IMG/VR virus record: IMGVR_UViG_3300035212_003113 | Span: 186,001-250,000 of that record | DNA: 64,000 bases | Strand: one strand, 5' to 3' | Shown here: positions 44,829 through 53,736 of the stretch, one piece after another | Layout: each line of letters begins with the position of its first letter | Numbering within the stretch: the stretch's first letter is position 1 | Notes under the pieces: model-generated | What the model was told of the DNA's origin: nothing | Databases searched by the model: none | What the model saw: the letters and a program-made list of their open reading frames with translations, nothing else | Translations under genes and position numbers: made by a program

Positions 44829-45995
44829 ATGGCAAAATTCAGCACAAGTAACATTCCTCGTCCTGACGCAGCCAGCGGCACCGGAGGTCGTGCATCTGGC
44901 GGTTCGGGCAAGCCAGCCAAGACGGTTAAGCAGGACTGGGTCACGTCTCTGCAGAATAAGCTAGTGGAGCAATCCAAGAAGCTAAATGCGCCAATTGACC
45001 TTGGTCCTACTGGCGTCGATGGCGTTTATGGCAAAAAGACGCGCGGAGCCGTAGAGGTAGTCGCCAAGGCTCTAAAAATAGAGAATCCTCTTGATGCGAA
45101 TGGCCGTCCGACAAAGGAATTTAATGATAAAGTTGGACTGGGTGACAATGTCGCTGCACCAGGGACTCCTACTGCACCAGGGACTCCTGCTGCACCAGGA
45201 TCACCAGATGCGCCGGAAAAAGAAGGCGAGGCGGTTCAATTTCTCAATGATGTCGATGTAGATGGCAAGAACATAAGCATAGGTGTTCTTGAGGCCGGAC
45301 TTCCGACGACAATGACCAAAACATTAGATGCCGGAGGGCAAGAGCTTCCGCTGTCTCCAGCCGAGGCACTGTCTAGGTTTAAGATGATAAGAGACGCAAT
45401 GCTTGCCGCTGGATTTTCTGTTTCATCCGAAATGCCTAATGTTCGCAGTCTTTCGAGTTCATCAGACTATGCTCGTGCATCGGAACAACTTGAGACCGTC
45501 TGGAAAGAACTGACTTCTCATCTGGAGAGTCTTGAAAAGGCTATAGTTGCAAAAATTACAGAAAAGCGAAAGGCAATGGGTCTGTCTGCCGGCTCTACTC
45601 AGAGAGCATACAAGGCTGAGAGGAGTACGTCTCTTTTTCCGAAAGCAATAAATGCGGGGCTGATTACGGCGTACAAATGGCTAAGCGGATATCTTAAAGA
45701 GATGGAGAAGGGCGACGAGACCAACCCCCGGCCGCTTTTAGAGGTAATGAAGCGGAACACGGGCGTCGCAGTCGACCGAAACTATCCGCATGACATGTGG
45801 AACGACGAACAGGCTCGTAAGGTGGGCCAGATACTGCGATCAGCCGGAGGCTGGCTTGGAGAGAGGATTGTTCCAGCAGACACCTCTCAGTACTACAAAG
45901 GGCCGTATAGAGACGACATTGTAGATAAGGAATGGACGAATGCTTTCAAAGAGAACAGCAATGAAATCTGGAAAATAATTAGAGGCCAGAAATGA
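44829..45995 (+). CDS. Protein with PG_binding_1-like peptidoglycan-binding domain
   Basis: VTSLQNKL...DLGPTGVDGVYGKKTRGAV; APGTP linker repeats. Confidence 0.65.
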   Translation: MAKFSTSNIPRPDAASGTGGRASGGSGKPAKTVKQDWVTSLQNKLVEQSKKLNAPIDLGPTGVDGVYGKKTRGAVEVVAKALKIENPLDANGRPTKEFNDKVGLGDNVAAPGTPTAPGTPAAPGSPDAPEKEGEAVQFLNDVDVDGKNISIGVLEAGLPTTMTKTLDAGGQELPLSPAEALSRFKMIRDAMLAAGFSVSSEMPNVRSLSSSSDYARASEQLETVWKELTSHLESLEKAIVAKITEKRKAMGLSAGSTQRAYKAERSTSLFPKAINAGLITAYKWLSGYLKEMEKGDETNPRPLLEVMKRNTGVAVDRNYPHDMWNDEQARKVGQILRSAGGWLGERIVPADTSQYYKGPYRDDIVDKEWTNAFKENSNEIWKIIRGQK

Positions 45996-47209
45996 GCGTA
46001 GTCAAAGACATCTTCAAGGCATACAAGGCATCCGGCTATCGCGATGTTGAATTTGACAGCATGTTGAGCTCGGCCAAGGGTGCGCTCGGCCTCTCTGAGG
46101 ACGAGGTCATAGGTATGCTTGCCGAGGCGTGGGACAGCGGTGCTCTCAAAAACCTAGAGTCGTATGCTTCGTTCGCTCCGCCGGTTGAGTCAGGCGAGAT
46201 GCTTCTTTTTAAAAAAGCAAATCCTGGGACTCCCGAATTCGACTATGTAGAGGCGCTACTCGACTCTCTTGATAGTGCGGTTGCGGCAAAAAATGCGCAA
46301 GATGTGCAGGATCTGACAAAGAAAATTGATGCAGTCGCGAAATCAAGTAACACTGAATATAAAAAGGCGCTATTTGATATAATAGAGAGCAAGAGATCGC
46401 CAACAGAGACAATTGATGACATGCCCATAATGAGGGGCATAAGTGGCGCTAGCGGGGACACATTTGATTCGATTAAAGCGATTCATGAATACGGCACTAC
46501 GAGAGGCTTTGCCGTGCCAGGCGCTGCATCGGCATATGTTCCGCGCCTAGGTTCTGTTAACGAGGTCGCCGATATAGCGAAAGAATTAAAAAAACCATCG
46601 CCAGATCCGAGGGCAATAGAAAGATTTAAAAACATATCCGAGGCGAAGGTTGGTCTCTGGGGCAAAGATGCCGATGCTGCCAGGCAACTGGCTAGGGACT
46701 TTAATGAAAATGAGATGCGCGGCCTGTTAAGTAAATTGGGACTGCCCCCTGATCAAGAGATGAAGCTCCTCAATAACTTTTTGGAGAATAAGGGCTCAAG
46801 AATGACCAAGCTCTTGGAAAGAGAGAAGGGGGTTCTCGGGGCCCTTACCAAAATATTTTCCAAGAACAAAGGGGTAAGTGCTCTCGAAAAGTTTAAGGCT
46901 GGCGGCACGCTTTTGGGCGCTCCTGCACGAGCATTTTTGTGGATGCCAAAAATGTTATGGAAGCTCAAGGGTTTTCCTGTGTTAGGCCCGATTGCAGGCA
47001 TTTTAGCTGGCCTGGGTCAGACTGCGGCCGCTGGATACATTGGTCTTAAGACATTTTTTGGCGACGATGACAAGCCAGACGTATCTGCGCCTGTTGAAGC
47101 ACCCGCTGGCAATGGCTCTGTACCCGGATCAATCGCAGATCCTGCTCTCGCTGGCAACTTGCATCAAAAGATGCGCACAATTCTAAAAAGGACCTTTGGT
47201 CCCCGCTGA
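45992..47209 (+). CDS. Hypothetical protein with C-terminal hydrophobic Gly-rich segments
   Basis: GFPVLGPIAGILAGLGQTAAAGYIGL; LFKKA. Confidence 0.7.
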   Translation: MSVVKDIFKAYKASGYRDVEFDSMLSSAKGALGLSEDEVIGMLAEAWDSGALKNLESYASFAPPVESGEMLLFKKANPGTPEFDYVEALLDSLDSAVAAKNAQDVQDLTKKIDAVAKSSNTEYKKALFDIIESKRSPTETIDDMPIMRGISGASGDTFDSIKAIHEYGTTRGFAVPGAASAYVPRLGSVNEVADIAKELKKPSPDPRAIERFKNISEAKVGLWGKDADAARQLARDFNENEMRGLLSKLGLPPDQEMKLLNNFLENKGSRMTKLLEREKGVLGALTKIFSKNKGVSALEKFKAGGTLLGAPARAFLWMPKMLWKLKGFPVLGPIAGILAGLGQTAAAGYIGLKTFFGDDDKPDVSAPVEAPAGNGSVPGSIADPALAGNLHQKMRTILKRTFGPR

Positions 47210-47236
47210 ACAGATTCGGTAAAATAGGAGTACGCT

Positions 47237-49045
47237 ATGTCTATCGCTGACAATATAGAAAAAGAATTTGCCAGACTGCTTCGCGAGTCCAGATCTGTTG
47301 CGCGCCATAAGCTAGTTGCCCAGGCCGCCGACAAGGAAGACGCCATAAGAGCCAAGCGCCCTCGCAAAGAGAAGAACAAGAAGAGCGTCATCGAAGAAGC
47401 TCATCCGGGCGAAGTGTTTGTTGCCGAGTCTGACGGGCTTGGTGGCCTAGCCGGAAACCCAGAGCAGGTACAACAGCAGATACTCGACGCACTGAATCGC
47501 CGTCCTTCTGCTTTTCCATATCAGGGCCTTGTGGCAAATGCCATGGCTGACTTTGAGAAGACCGCAGAAGTGCTCGAATCACACAATCTATTTAGCGAGG
47601 CCGCAGCAATCCGCAAGGTTGCCGCGGAGTGGCTATCGGTGTTAGAAAGGCGAGGGGGCTTAAAAAAAAAGGCATCAGATGGGGTTCCGGATCAAGTGAT
47701 CTCTCCTAGCGGAGAGGTGATAGAAGATTTTATCAATGTCCCTAGTGCTCGTCCAAATGCGCCCGGATCGGCAAAGACGCCTCCTTCTGCTTCTCCTCCC
47801 CCATCCGGAGCGTTCATCCCTGATGCAGAAGAGGTCCGCGGCGGTGCGGCAGCAGCTTCAGCCGAAGGGAAGGCGGCTACTCGTGTTGTTGGTCCAGTAC
47901 CAGTAGATCCATCTGCGGCCGTGGCAGATGCAAAAAAAGCTGCAGATGCTACACAGCCTCTTGCCGATGCTGGAAAAGCTGCCGCAAAGGCAAAAGGCTT
48001 CTTCTCAAAGGCACTGAAATATCTTGGCGTGGCTGGCGATGCGGCCATGATCGGCTCGTATGCCCTTGACAAGGATTGGACATCTGTAATAGGTACTGTT
48101 GGCGCGGGCGGTGTGGCCGCAGCTGCTGCCGCATTGAGTGCACCGTTGGCCGCAGCTGCAGGAGGAGTAACAGCAGCAGCAGGAATAGGCATAGGCATAT
48201 ACAGCTTGATCAATGAGACTATTCTCGGAGCTTGGCAAGAGGATCTAGAAACGGACATAAATGATGCCATTGGGGCTGTCCAGTCAGTTCTAGATGATAA
48301 TGACACGGATACTGCCCAGAGGTCTGCAGCCCAGACCATGATGAATGAGCTGCAAGCTATTGTCAAAAATATATCCGTTTTGCGCCAGGAGGCTAAGAAA
48401 GGTGAGCGGGCAAACATGAACGCAGTGGCCCAAGGGATGTCTGATATCGAAGATTCTGTGCGCGCGGCTCGCATAGCGGCAGATGATCTAAAAGGTGCGA
48501 CCGTATTTGATCTTGGGGTGCGAAAAGTCATCGCCACTCTTGATGATATAGAAGAGTCTAATCAGGAGTTCAACGAAGAACTGCAGAGCAAGGTAGATCC
48601 ATCAATGTCCAAACTTACGGATGCCATTAAGCAGATTTCTGCTGCGGCAGCAGCGAGAAAGGGCATAATAGGAGAGCTTAATATAAATGTGGGCGGCTCT
48701 TCGCCAGGCTCCTCATCATCCTCTTCGTCTCAAGGCTCTCCAGCTGTCTCCACGGATGATCCTGCTCATATCAAAGAAGTGCAGGCTGCAATAAACGACC
48801 TGCAGGCCGCAGACGCAGGATTCAGCCCAAGGCTTGCTCTAACTGGAAAGTGGGATCCGCCGACAGAAAAGGCGCTTGAGTCCTACGTTCAGCTTTGGTT
48901 AGAAGTCGACCCAGGTCTTGTCCAGGTTATAAGTGTTGAAAGCCTTAAGGACGCTGAGGGCAGCGTTATACGCGCCATGAATCGCGACTATCGCAATAAA
49001 GAGGAAGTAATCGCCTCTATCATGAGAGCTTCGACTAATAAATAG
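47237..49045 (+). CDS. Putative ejection/internal protein with hydrophobic hairpin and C-terminal PG-binding-like domain
   Basis: AHP motif, helical module, LKKKAS, long Ala/Gly hydrophobic stretch, IKEVQAAIN...LTGKWDPPTEKAL. Confidence 0.6.
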   Translation: MSIADNIEKEFARLLRESRSVARHKLVAQAADKEDAIRAKRPRKEKNKKSVIEEAHPGEVFVAESDGLGGLAGNPEQVQQQILDALNRRPSAFPYQGLVANAMADFEKTAEVLESHNLFSEAAAIRKVAAEWLSVLERRGGLKKKASDGVPDQVISPSGEVIEDFINVPSARPNAPGSAKTPPSASPPPSGAFIPDAEEVRGGAAAASAEGKAATRVVGPVPVDPSAAVADAKKAADATQPLADAGKAAAKAKGFFSKALKYLGVAGDAAMIGSYALDKDWTSVIGTVGAGGVAAAAAALSAPLAAAAGGVTAAAGIGIGIYSLINETILGAWQEDLETDINDAIGAVQSVLDDNDTDTAQRSAAQTMMNELQAIVKNISVLRQEAKKGERANMNAVAQGMSDIEDSVRAARIAADDLKGATVFDLGVRKVIATLDDIEESNQEFNEELQSKVDPSMSKLTDAIKQISAAAAARKGIIGELNINVGGSSPGSSSSSSSQGSPAVSTDDPAHIKEVQAAINDLQAADAGFSPRLALTGKWDPPTEKALESYVQLWLEVDPGLVQVISVESLKDAEGSVIRAMNRDYRNKEEVIASIMRASTNK

Positions 49046-49116
49046 TGTAATAACTGATGTTTTAGAGGTCGAGACGCGGTCTGGCCACTTTAAACGAAAT
49101 AAGTGAGGTAATTAAA

Positions 49117-49767
49117 ATGGCTCTATATCCTGTTCAGCCCGGCATCCAACCACTAGGTCTTTTCGACGTTCTCGACACCGAGCTCGCCACCATCAAGGGC
49201 GGCGAGGTTATGACCCTCGGTTCAGCTGCTACCACCAACTCAGGCACGGAGACCGCTGCTCCCGACGTTCTCGACGGCTACACCTTCGAGGCGACCGCCA
49301 GCCGTCCAGTTGCTCAGAAGGCTTCGCTCGCAGCGAACGCTTTCGTTGCTCTCGCCGATGAGGGCACTGGTCCCGACTACTTCACCATGCTCGGCACGGT
49401 AGTAGGCGGCAAGACCGGTCTCGTTGTCAGCGGCGGCGCCGTCCTCGGCCCACACACCTCGACCGCTTCGGGCAAGGTCACCCTATGGGACAAGCCCGGT
49501 CTCTACGAGGTTACCCTCGATGCAGTAGCTTCGGACTTCGCCAGCACGGCTCTCGTTCCTGGTAAAGTTCTCGGCTTCACCGCCGCGGGCTTGCTGCAGC
49601 GTAACGGCGGCGTCGGCGCTCTCGCCGACAGCGGCTGCGCAGTATTCGTCGAGTTCTCGCAGTCGTCCAGCCTCGTCACCACGCCAGCTCGTCTGGTCGG
49701 CGGTGCGAATGCTCCTGACCGCGTCAAGATCATGTTCCTCGGCGCTGCTGGCAAGGCTCTGACCTGA
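49117..49767 (+). CDS. Abundant capsid decoration/cement-like protein
   Basis: Codon bias similar to the MCP, own promoter motif and terminator, SGKVTLW; position near MCP. Confidence 0.6.
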   Translation: MALYPVQPGIQPLGLFDVLDTELATIKGGEVMTLGSAATTNSGTETAAPDVLDGYTFEATASRPVAQKASLAANAFVALADEGTGPDYFTMLGTVVGGKTGLVVSGGAVLGPHTSTASGKVTLWDKPGLYEVTLDAVASDFASTALVPGKVLGFTAAGLLQRNGGVGALADSGCAVFVEFSQSSSLVTTPARLVGGANAPDRVKIMFLGAAGKALT

Positions 49768-49792
49768 TATATACCTAAAAGGTATGGGATTT

Positions 49793-49820
49793 GGGCCGCT
49801 AAATGCGGCCCTTTTCTTTT
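49793..49820 (+). terminator. Intrinsic terminator
   Basis: GGGCCGC-taaat-GCGGCCC-TTTTCTTTT. Confidence 0.88.
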
Positions 49821-49907
49821 GCTATTAATCCGCCCAGATAGTTGTATCAAGGGTGGCCACCTATTGTAAAATAAAAAGGTTCTGCCATTGGAATTACGGA
49901 GTAAGCG

Positions 49908-51917
49908 ATGCCATATGTTTGTGATGTTCGTAGAGATAACAAGTTAACGGTCATAGAGGTAGATGGGCGTCTGTATATCGAAAGTCAAGAGTACACCCCA
50001 ACAAATCTTGCTCCAATTGCTTTTTCACAGGGCCCTACTACGTGGCCCCCCGCTGCATCGAGTGCCTCTGGTAGATTTCCTGCTCAACAGCTATCCCTTT
50101 CACGAGTATATTCTCGCGGCTACACCGGTCTTTACCCATTTACTGATACAGATGGCGAGGCCTATGACACAACTCGTACGATGTGCGGACTGAGCGTACT
50201 TGGTCCAGTTGTCTATTCTTCGGCTTACGAGAGGTTCTATTGCTGGGGCAATAGCTCGTCTGCAAACAACGCCGTATCGTCATTTGACGATTCATTTAGA
50301 ATGGTTTCTGGTAGCCTTGGGACAATAGGTGGCACTTATTCTGTTTATGGCTTCTTTTTGCCTTCACAGAATAACAGATGGTTTGCCATAGCGCCTCATG
50401 GGCCAGGAATCGGAGCTGATGGAACTAGCGCTCTGACTGCAGCCACGGTAGGGTCTTTGCTGGAAAGCGGCGTAGTGTCTACCAATTCAGCATCGAGCTG
50501 GTGGCATCAGCTACATGTTCCCTACCTCGGTACCGATTGGCTGGTATCAGTTCTATCTCCTTGGCAGAATGGATTTAGTTCCGTGGTAGCATATAACGAC
50601 GTTAGAATTGCTTATTATAATCGCAATACAGGGGCTGGTACTGACCTCGGTATATGGCTGGACGTTGCCACTACGTTTCTGCCGAGTGCCGGGCTGTCCG
50701 CATTCTCAACGCTCGGGTGCTCTCCCAGTAATCACATAAGGACGAGCACTGATGAAGTTTATTTCTATTTCCCTATTCTTAGTAGTACCAATGAGACAAC
50801 AACTGGTCTTCCTGGCTTTAAGGTAGCCATCGGCACGATCAGCGGGTTAAATTCCACCCCTACTCGTACGCCGATCAGTACTGCCTATACAATAAGTGCA
50901 GTCGATACCGTAGCCAATACCATTACGACAAGTGCGGATGCTCCGAACTTTTCAGTTGTGCGCTTTACTGCAACAGGAGTAGGAGCGGCTGTTCCGCCGC
51001 CACTTGAGACTGGGCGCGACTACTGGACGATCAGACAGTCGGCCAATATAAGCAAGATCGCAACGACCTATCAAAATGCGGTCGATGGCTACTCTGTAGA
51101 TCTTACTGGTGCTGGCGCCGGAACTCGCGTGGCCACTGCATTTGAATTCCTGACGCTAGATGTCAATTCGATTTCATCAGGTGGAGCTGCAGTCACAAAC
51201 AGGAACGCAATTCCAGGCACTATTACTCGTATGTGGGTATTCGAGGATGCCGGCATCAAATACCTATGCATGGGCGTCTCTGAAGGCGGCACCCGAGCGA
51301 CGCTTAACTCCAGCGTCATGAATCTTTATTTGTGGCGTCTAGATAGCAAGCGCCAGGCAACATTCCTGCAGAAGGTCACGGCAGGCAGCGCTGGTCGCGT
51401 AAGAAGCTTCTTTACGCTTGATGAGGCGCAGAAGCGGATAGCCATGATTTACGATGATCGCATAATGTTCTACCAGTGGAACCCATCTACAAACTGGACC
51501 TTTCAGTCAACACAGGATGTGCAGGTGCAGGACGTAGGTGTGGATACGCTTGGTCGCACATGGGTAACAAACCGCGGAACATATGCTGGTCCAATGGCAG
51601 GTATTCCGGCTAACCAGCAGCAACTGTATGTGTTTGAGCCATCTGGCGCTGCGGCAAACATAGTGGTTTCATTTGCGCAGAATGCTTATACGTACAGCGG
51701 GACCCCTGTTGCCTCAAATATAATCGTAAATGCCTATGACACAACTGGCGCCCGCGTCGCACTTGGCGTAACGCTTACTCGCGACTCTACGAATTTCTCA
51801 TTTACTGCCGACGCACCGTCAGCATCAGTAGTTACGAGTACTTCGGCCGATACTCTTGTGCCGATCTCTATATTCTCTACCGGATTGCTTTCCGTACTTG
51901 CTGTGCCAGGAACATGA
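49908..51917 (+). CDS. Beta-rich putative virion surface/receptor-binding protein
   Basis: Ser/Thr/aromatic-rich; VRFT...PPPLETGRDYW...KIATT...VDLTGAG module typical of phage fibres. Confidence 0.6.
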   Translation: MPYVCDVRRDNKLTVIEVDGRLYIESQEYTPTNLAPIAFSQGPTTWPPAASSASGRFPAQQLSLSRVYSRGYTGLYPFTDTDGEAYDTTRTMCGLSVLGPVVYSSAYERFYCWGNSSSANNAVSSFDDSFRMVSGSLGTIGGTYSVYGFFLPSQNNRWFAIAPHGPGIGADGTSALTAATVGSLLESGVVSTNSASSWWHQLHVPYLGTDWLVSVLSPWQNGFSSVVAYNDVRIAYYNRNTGAGTDLGIWLDVATTFLPSAGLSAFSTLGCSPSNHIRTSTDEVYFYFPILSSTNETTTGLPGFKVAIGTISGLNSTPTRTPISTAYTISAVDTVANTITTSADAPNFSVVRFTATGVGAAVPPPLETGRDYWTIRQSANISKIATTYQNAVDGYSVDLTGAGAGTRVATAFEFLTLDVNSISSGGAAVTNRNAIPGTITRMWVFEDAGIKYLCMGVSEGGTRATLNSSVMNLYLWRLDSKRQATFLQKVTAGSAGRVRSFFTLDEAQKRIAMIYDDRIMFYQWNPSTNWTFQSTQDVQVQDVGVDTLGRTWVTNRGTYAGPMAGIPANQQQLYVFEPSGAAANIVVSFAQNAYTYSGTPVASNIIVNAYDTTGARVALGVTLTRDSTNFSFTADAPSASVVTSTSADTLVPISIFSTGLLSVLAVPGT

Positions 51918-52264
51918 CGGACTACTATCTTAATACAACGAGCGGTACCGCTACGTCTGCAGTGCGGGCCGCCTCTTATGTCAGGCAAGAGATTCCATTT
52001 GTCCCTCTGCCTGACCAGGTGTCTGCGTCATCGAATGTCTCGTGGGGGTCGGTGGCCGTTGCCATTGCCTTTTCTTTTCAGGCCAGTGACCTACCTCCTG
52101 CAATTTATCCAGAGTCCGCGACAGCGTCTGCCGTATCATCCAGCGGACTGTTTTTTGGAGCGAATCTTGCGCCAGTAGCGGCATCGGCAATTGTATTACA
52201 GACCGACACTCCGGAGCCACCTCCTTCTGGTGGTGGAGCTGGGTTGCGTTTTTATTGGGGTTGA
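51914..52264 (+). CDS. Small Ala/Ser-rich hypothetical protein
   Basis: ATGA overlap; SGGG linker ending in FYWG. Confidence 0.65.
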   Translation: MTDYYLNTTSGTATSAVRAASYVRQEIPFVPLPDQVSASSNVSWGSVAVAIAFSFQASDLPPAIYPESATASAVSSSGLFFGANLAPVAASAIVLQTDTPEPPPSGGGAGLRFYWG

Positions 52265-52266
52265 AT

Positions 52267-52452
52267 GTGAAAAAGATAGATATAAAAATAGAGGAAGAGT
52301 CTCCGCACACGGTCAGTATTTATGTTGACGAGCATCATGTTGCTTGGCAGCCATTTGAACCAGGAAGCTTATTGCCATGGTCATCAAAGGCGGCTGCTCA
52401 GGCATGGGGTGATGAATGGGTACTGAAAAATGTATCACAAGAAAGCGAATAA
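52267..52452 (+). CDS. Small hypothetical protein, possible fibre-assembly chaperone
   Basis: QPFEP...PWSSKAAAQAW; start uncertain. Confidence 0.55.
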   Translation: MKKIDIKIEEESPHTVSIYVDEHHVAWQPFEPGSLLPWSSKAAAQAWGDEWVLKNVSQESE

Positions 52453-52458
52453 TAGAGG

Positions 52459-52484
52459 AAGGGCCGTCGGCCCTTTTTCTTTTT
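52459..52484 (+). terminator. Intrinsic terminator
   Basis: AAGGGCC-gtc-GGCCCTT-TTTCTTTTT. Confidence 0.75.
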
Positions 52485-52614
52485 GGCTATCAATTTGGAT
52501 AGCACTGTTTAAGCATGCCTATTAATTCTGTAGGTAATTTTCGTAATTAATTTTGGTGACTCTTGTCCCCAAAGTGCAAGTAAGAGTAAGTAAAGTTCAC
52601 TTCGGAGAAAAACA

Positions 52615-53619
52615 ATGTCAAATCTTTTTGATAACTCAGGCGAGCTCGGTGGTCTGACCACCCGCGACGCGCTGAAGAGCCTCGTTCGCATTGCCAAGGT
52701 TCTAGAGGAGGGCATGCCCTCGAACGCCGTCGCCGCTGGTCGTCCTTCGACCACCGAGACGCAGCGTGATGAGCTCGTCCGCCAGGCCATCCTCGATCAG
52801 GGCGGCAAGGTCGCTCTCGCCCAGGCCATGGCGCTCCCAATCCGCCGCAACCTTGATTACTCGGGCGTTGCTCGCCGCGGCCTCGTCGTTGACGAGCTCG
52901 CCACCGGCGTTCTCCCGCTTTACGAGCGCGATATCGATGTCGCTGCATTCGTAATCTCGGCCAATGGCGCAGTTCCAGAGAGCCCCGTCCGTGGCGACCG
53001 CGTATTCGTTCCAGAGTTCGACATCGCCTGTCACCCACTCGTTCGTATCCGTGAGGCTCGCCAACGCCGCTTCAACGTCATCGAGCGCACCGTTCAGAAG
53101 GCCAAGCAGGAGATCGCCGCGACCGAGGACGCTAACTTCTTCGCCGCTCTCGACTTCGCTGCTGACGCCGCCCTCGGTGGTGAGAACACCGCCCAGGTTC
53201 TCGGTGCCCGCATCTCGCGCGCCGACATGGTTGAGATCAAGTCAGAGGTCGATCAGTGGGACTTGCTCACCAGCAAGTTCTTCATGAACATCCGCGACTT
53301 CCAGGACCTGCTCCTCTGGACGTCACAGGGTGGTACGTCGGCTGCCGAGGTTGATCCGGTAACGCACCGCGAGATCCTCCAGACCGGTCTCTACGCCAAG
53401 CTGTTCACCGCTGACATCATCGTCAGCAAGCTCGTTCCCTTCGGCAGCGTCTTCGGCTGCGCAGAGCCCGACATGGTCGGCGTAATGCCAATTCGCCAGA
53501 ACGTCGAAGTCGTTCCGAACGACAAGATGGATCGCCTCAGCCTCGGCTGGACGGTATTCGAGACCATCGGCATCGGCGTAGTCAACGCTCGCGGCGTTGC
53601 AGTCGGTCGCAAGGCCTGA
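52615..53619 (+). CDS. Major capsid protein (HK97 fold)
   Basis: LAQAMALPIRRNLDYSG..R..L.VD.L..G..P.Y, VPEFDIA, AKQEIAATEDANF, GWTVFETIGIGVVNARG; strongest codon bias in the window; SD GGAG. Confidence 0.85.
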   Translation: MSNLFDNSGELGGLTTRDALKSLVRIAKVLEEGMPSNAVAAGRPSTTETQRDELVRQAILDQGGKVALAQAMALPIRRNLDYSGVARRGLVVDELATGVLPLYERDIDVAAFVISANGAVPESPVRGDRVFVPEFDIACHPLVRIREARQRRFNVIERTVQKAKQEIAATEDANFFAALDFAADAALGGENTAQVLGARISRADMVEIKSEVDQWDLLTSKFFMNIRDFQDLLLWTSQGGTSAAEVDPVTHREILQTGLYAKLFTADIIVSKLVPFGSVFGCAEPDMVGVMPIRQNVEVVPNDKMDRLSLGWTVFETIGIGVVNARGVAVGRKA

Positions 53620-53643
53620 TAGTAGCTTAAAAAGCTAAAGATT

Positions 53644-53671
53644 GACCGCCGCAAGGCGGTCTTCTTTTTTT
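53644..53671 (+). terminator. Intrinsic terminator
   Basis: GACCGCC-gcaa-GGCGGTC-TTCTTTTTTT. Confidence 0.92.
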
Positions 53672-53736
53672 GCGCCGACTGCTGCATATGGCTCGAGCAG
53701 TATAGAATTCATGTGAGGCATGCTCCAGGAGCGCAC

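Noticed and set aside
47661-47670. A-run in LKKKA as a slippery or phase-variable site
   Set aside because: Encodes the lysines of the KxA motif and the frame is intact; no alternative-frame product evident
47692-48537. 281-aa minus-strand ORF (also 44200-44835, 33853-34446, 11019-11588, 9578-10165)
   Set aside because: Fully antisense to well-supported plus-strand genes
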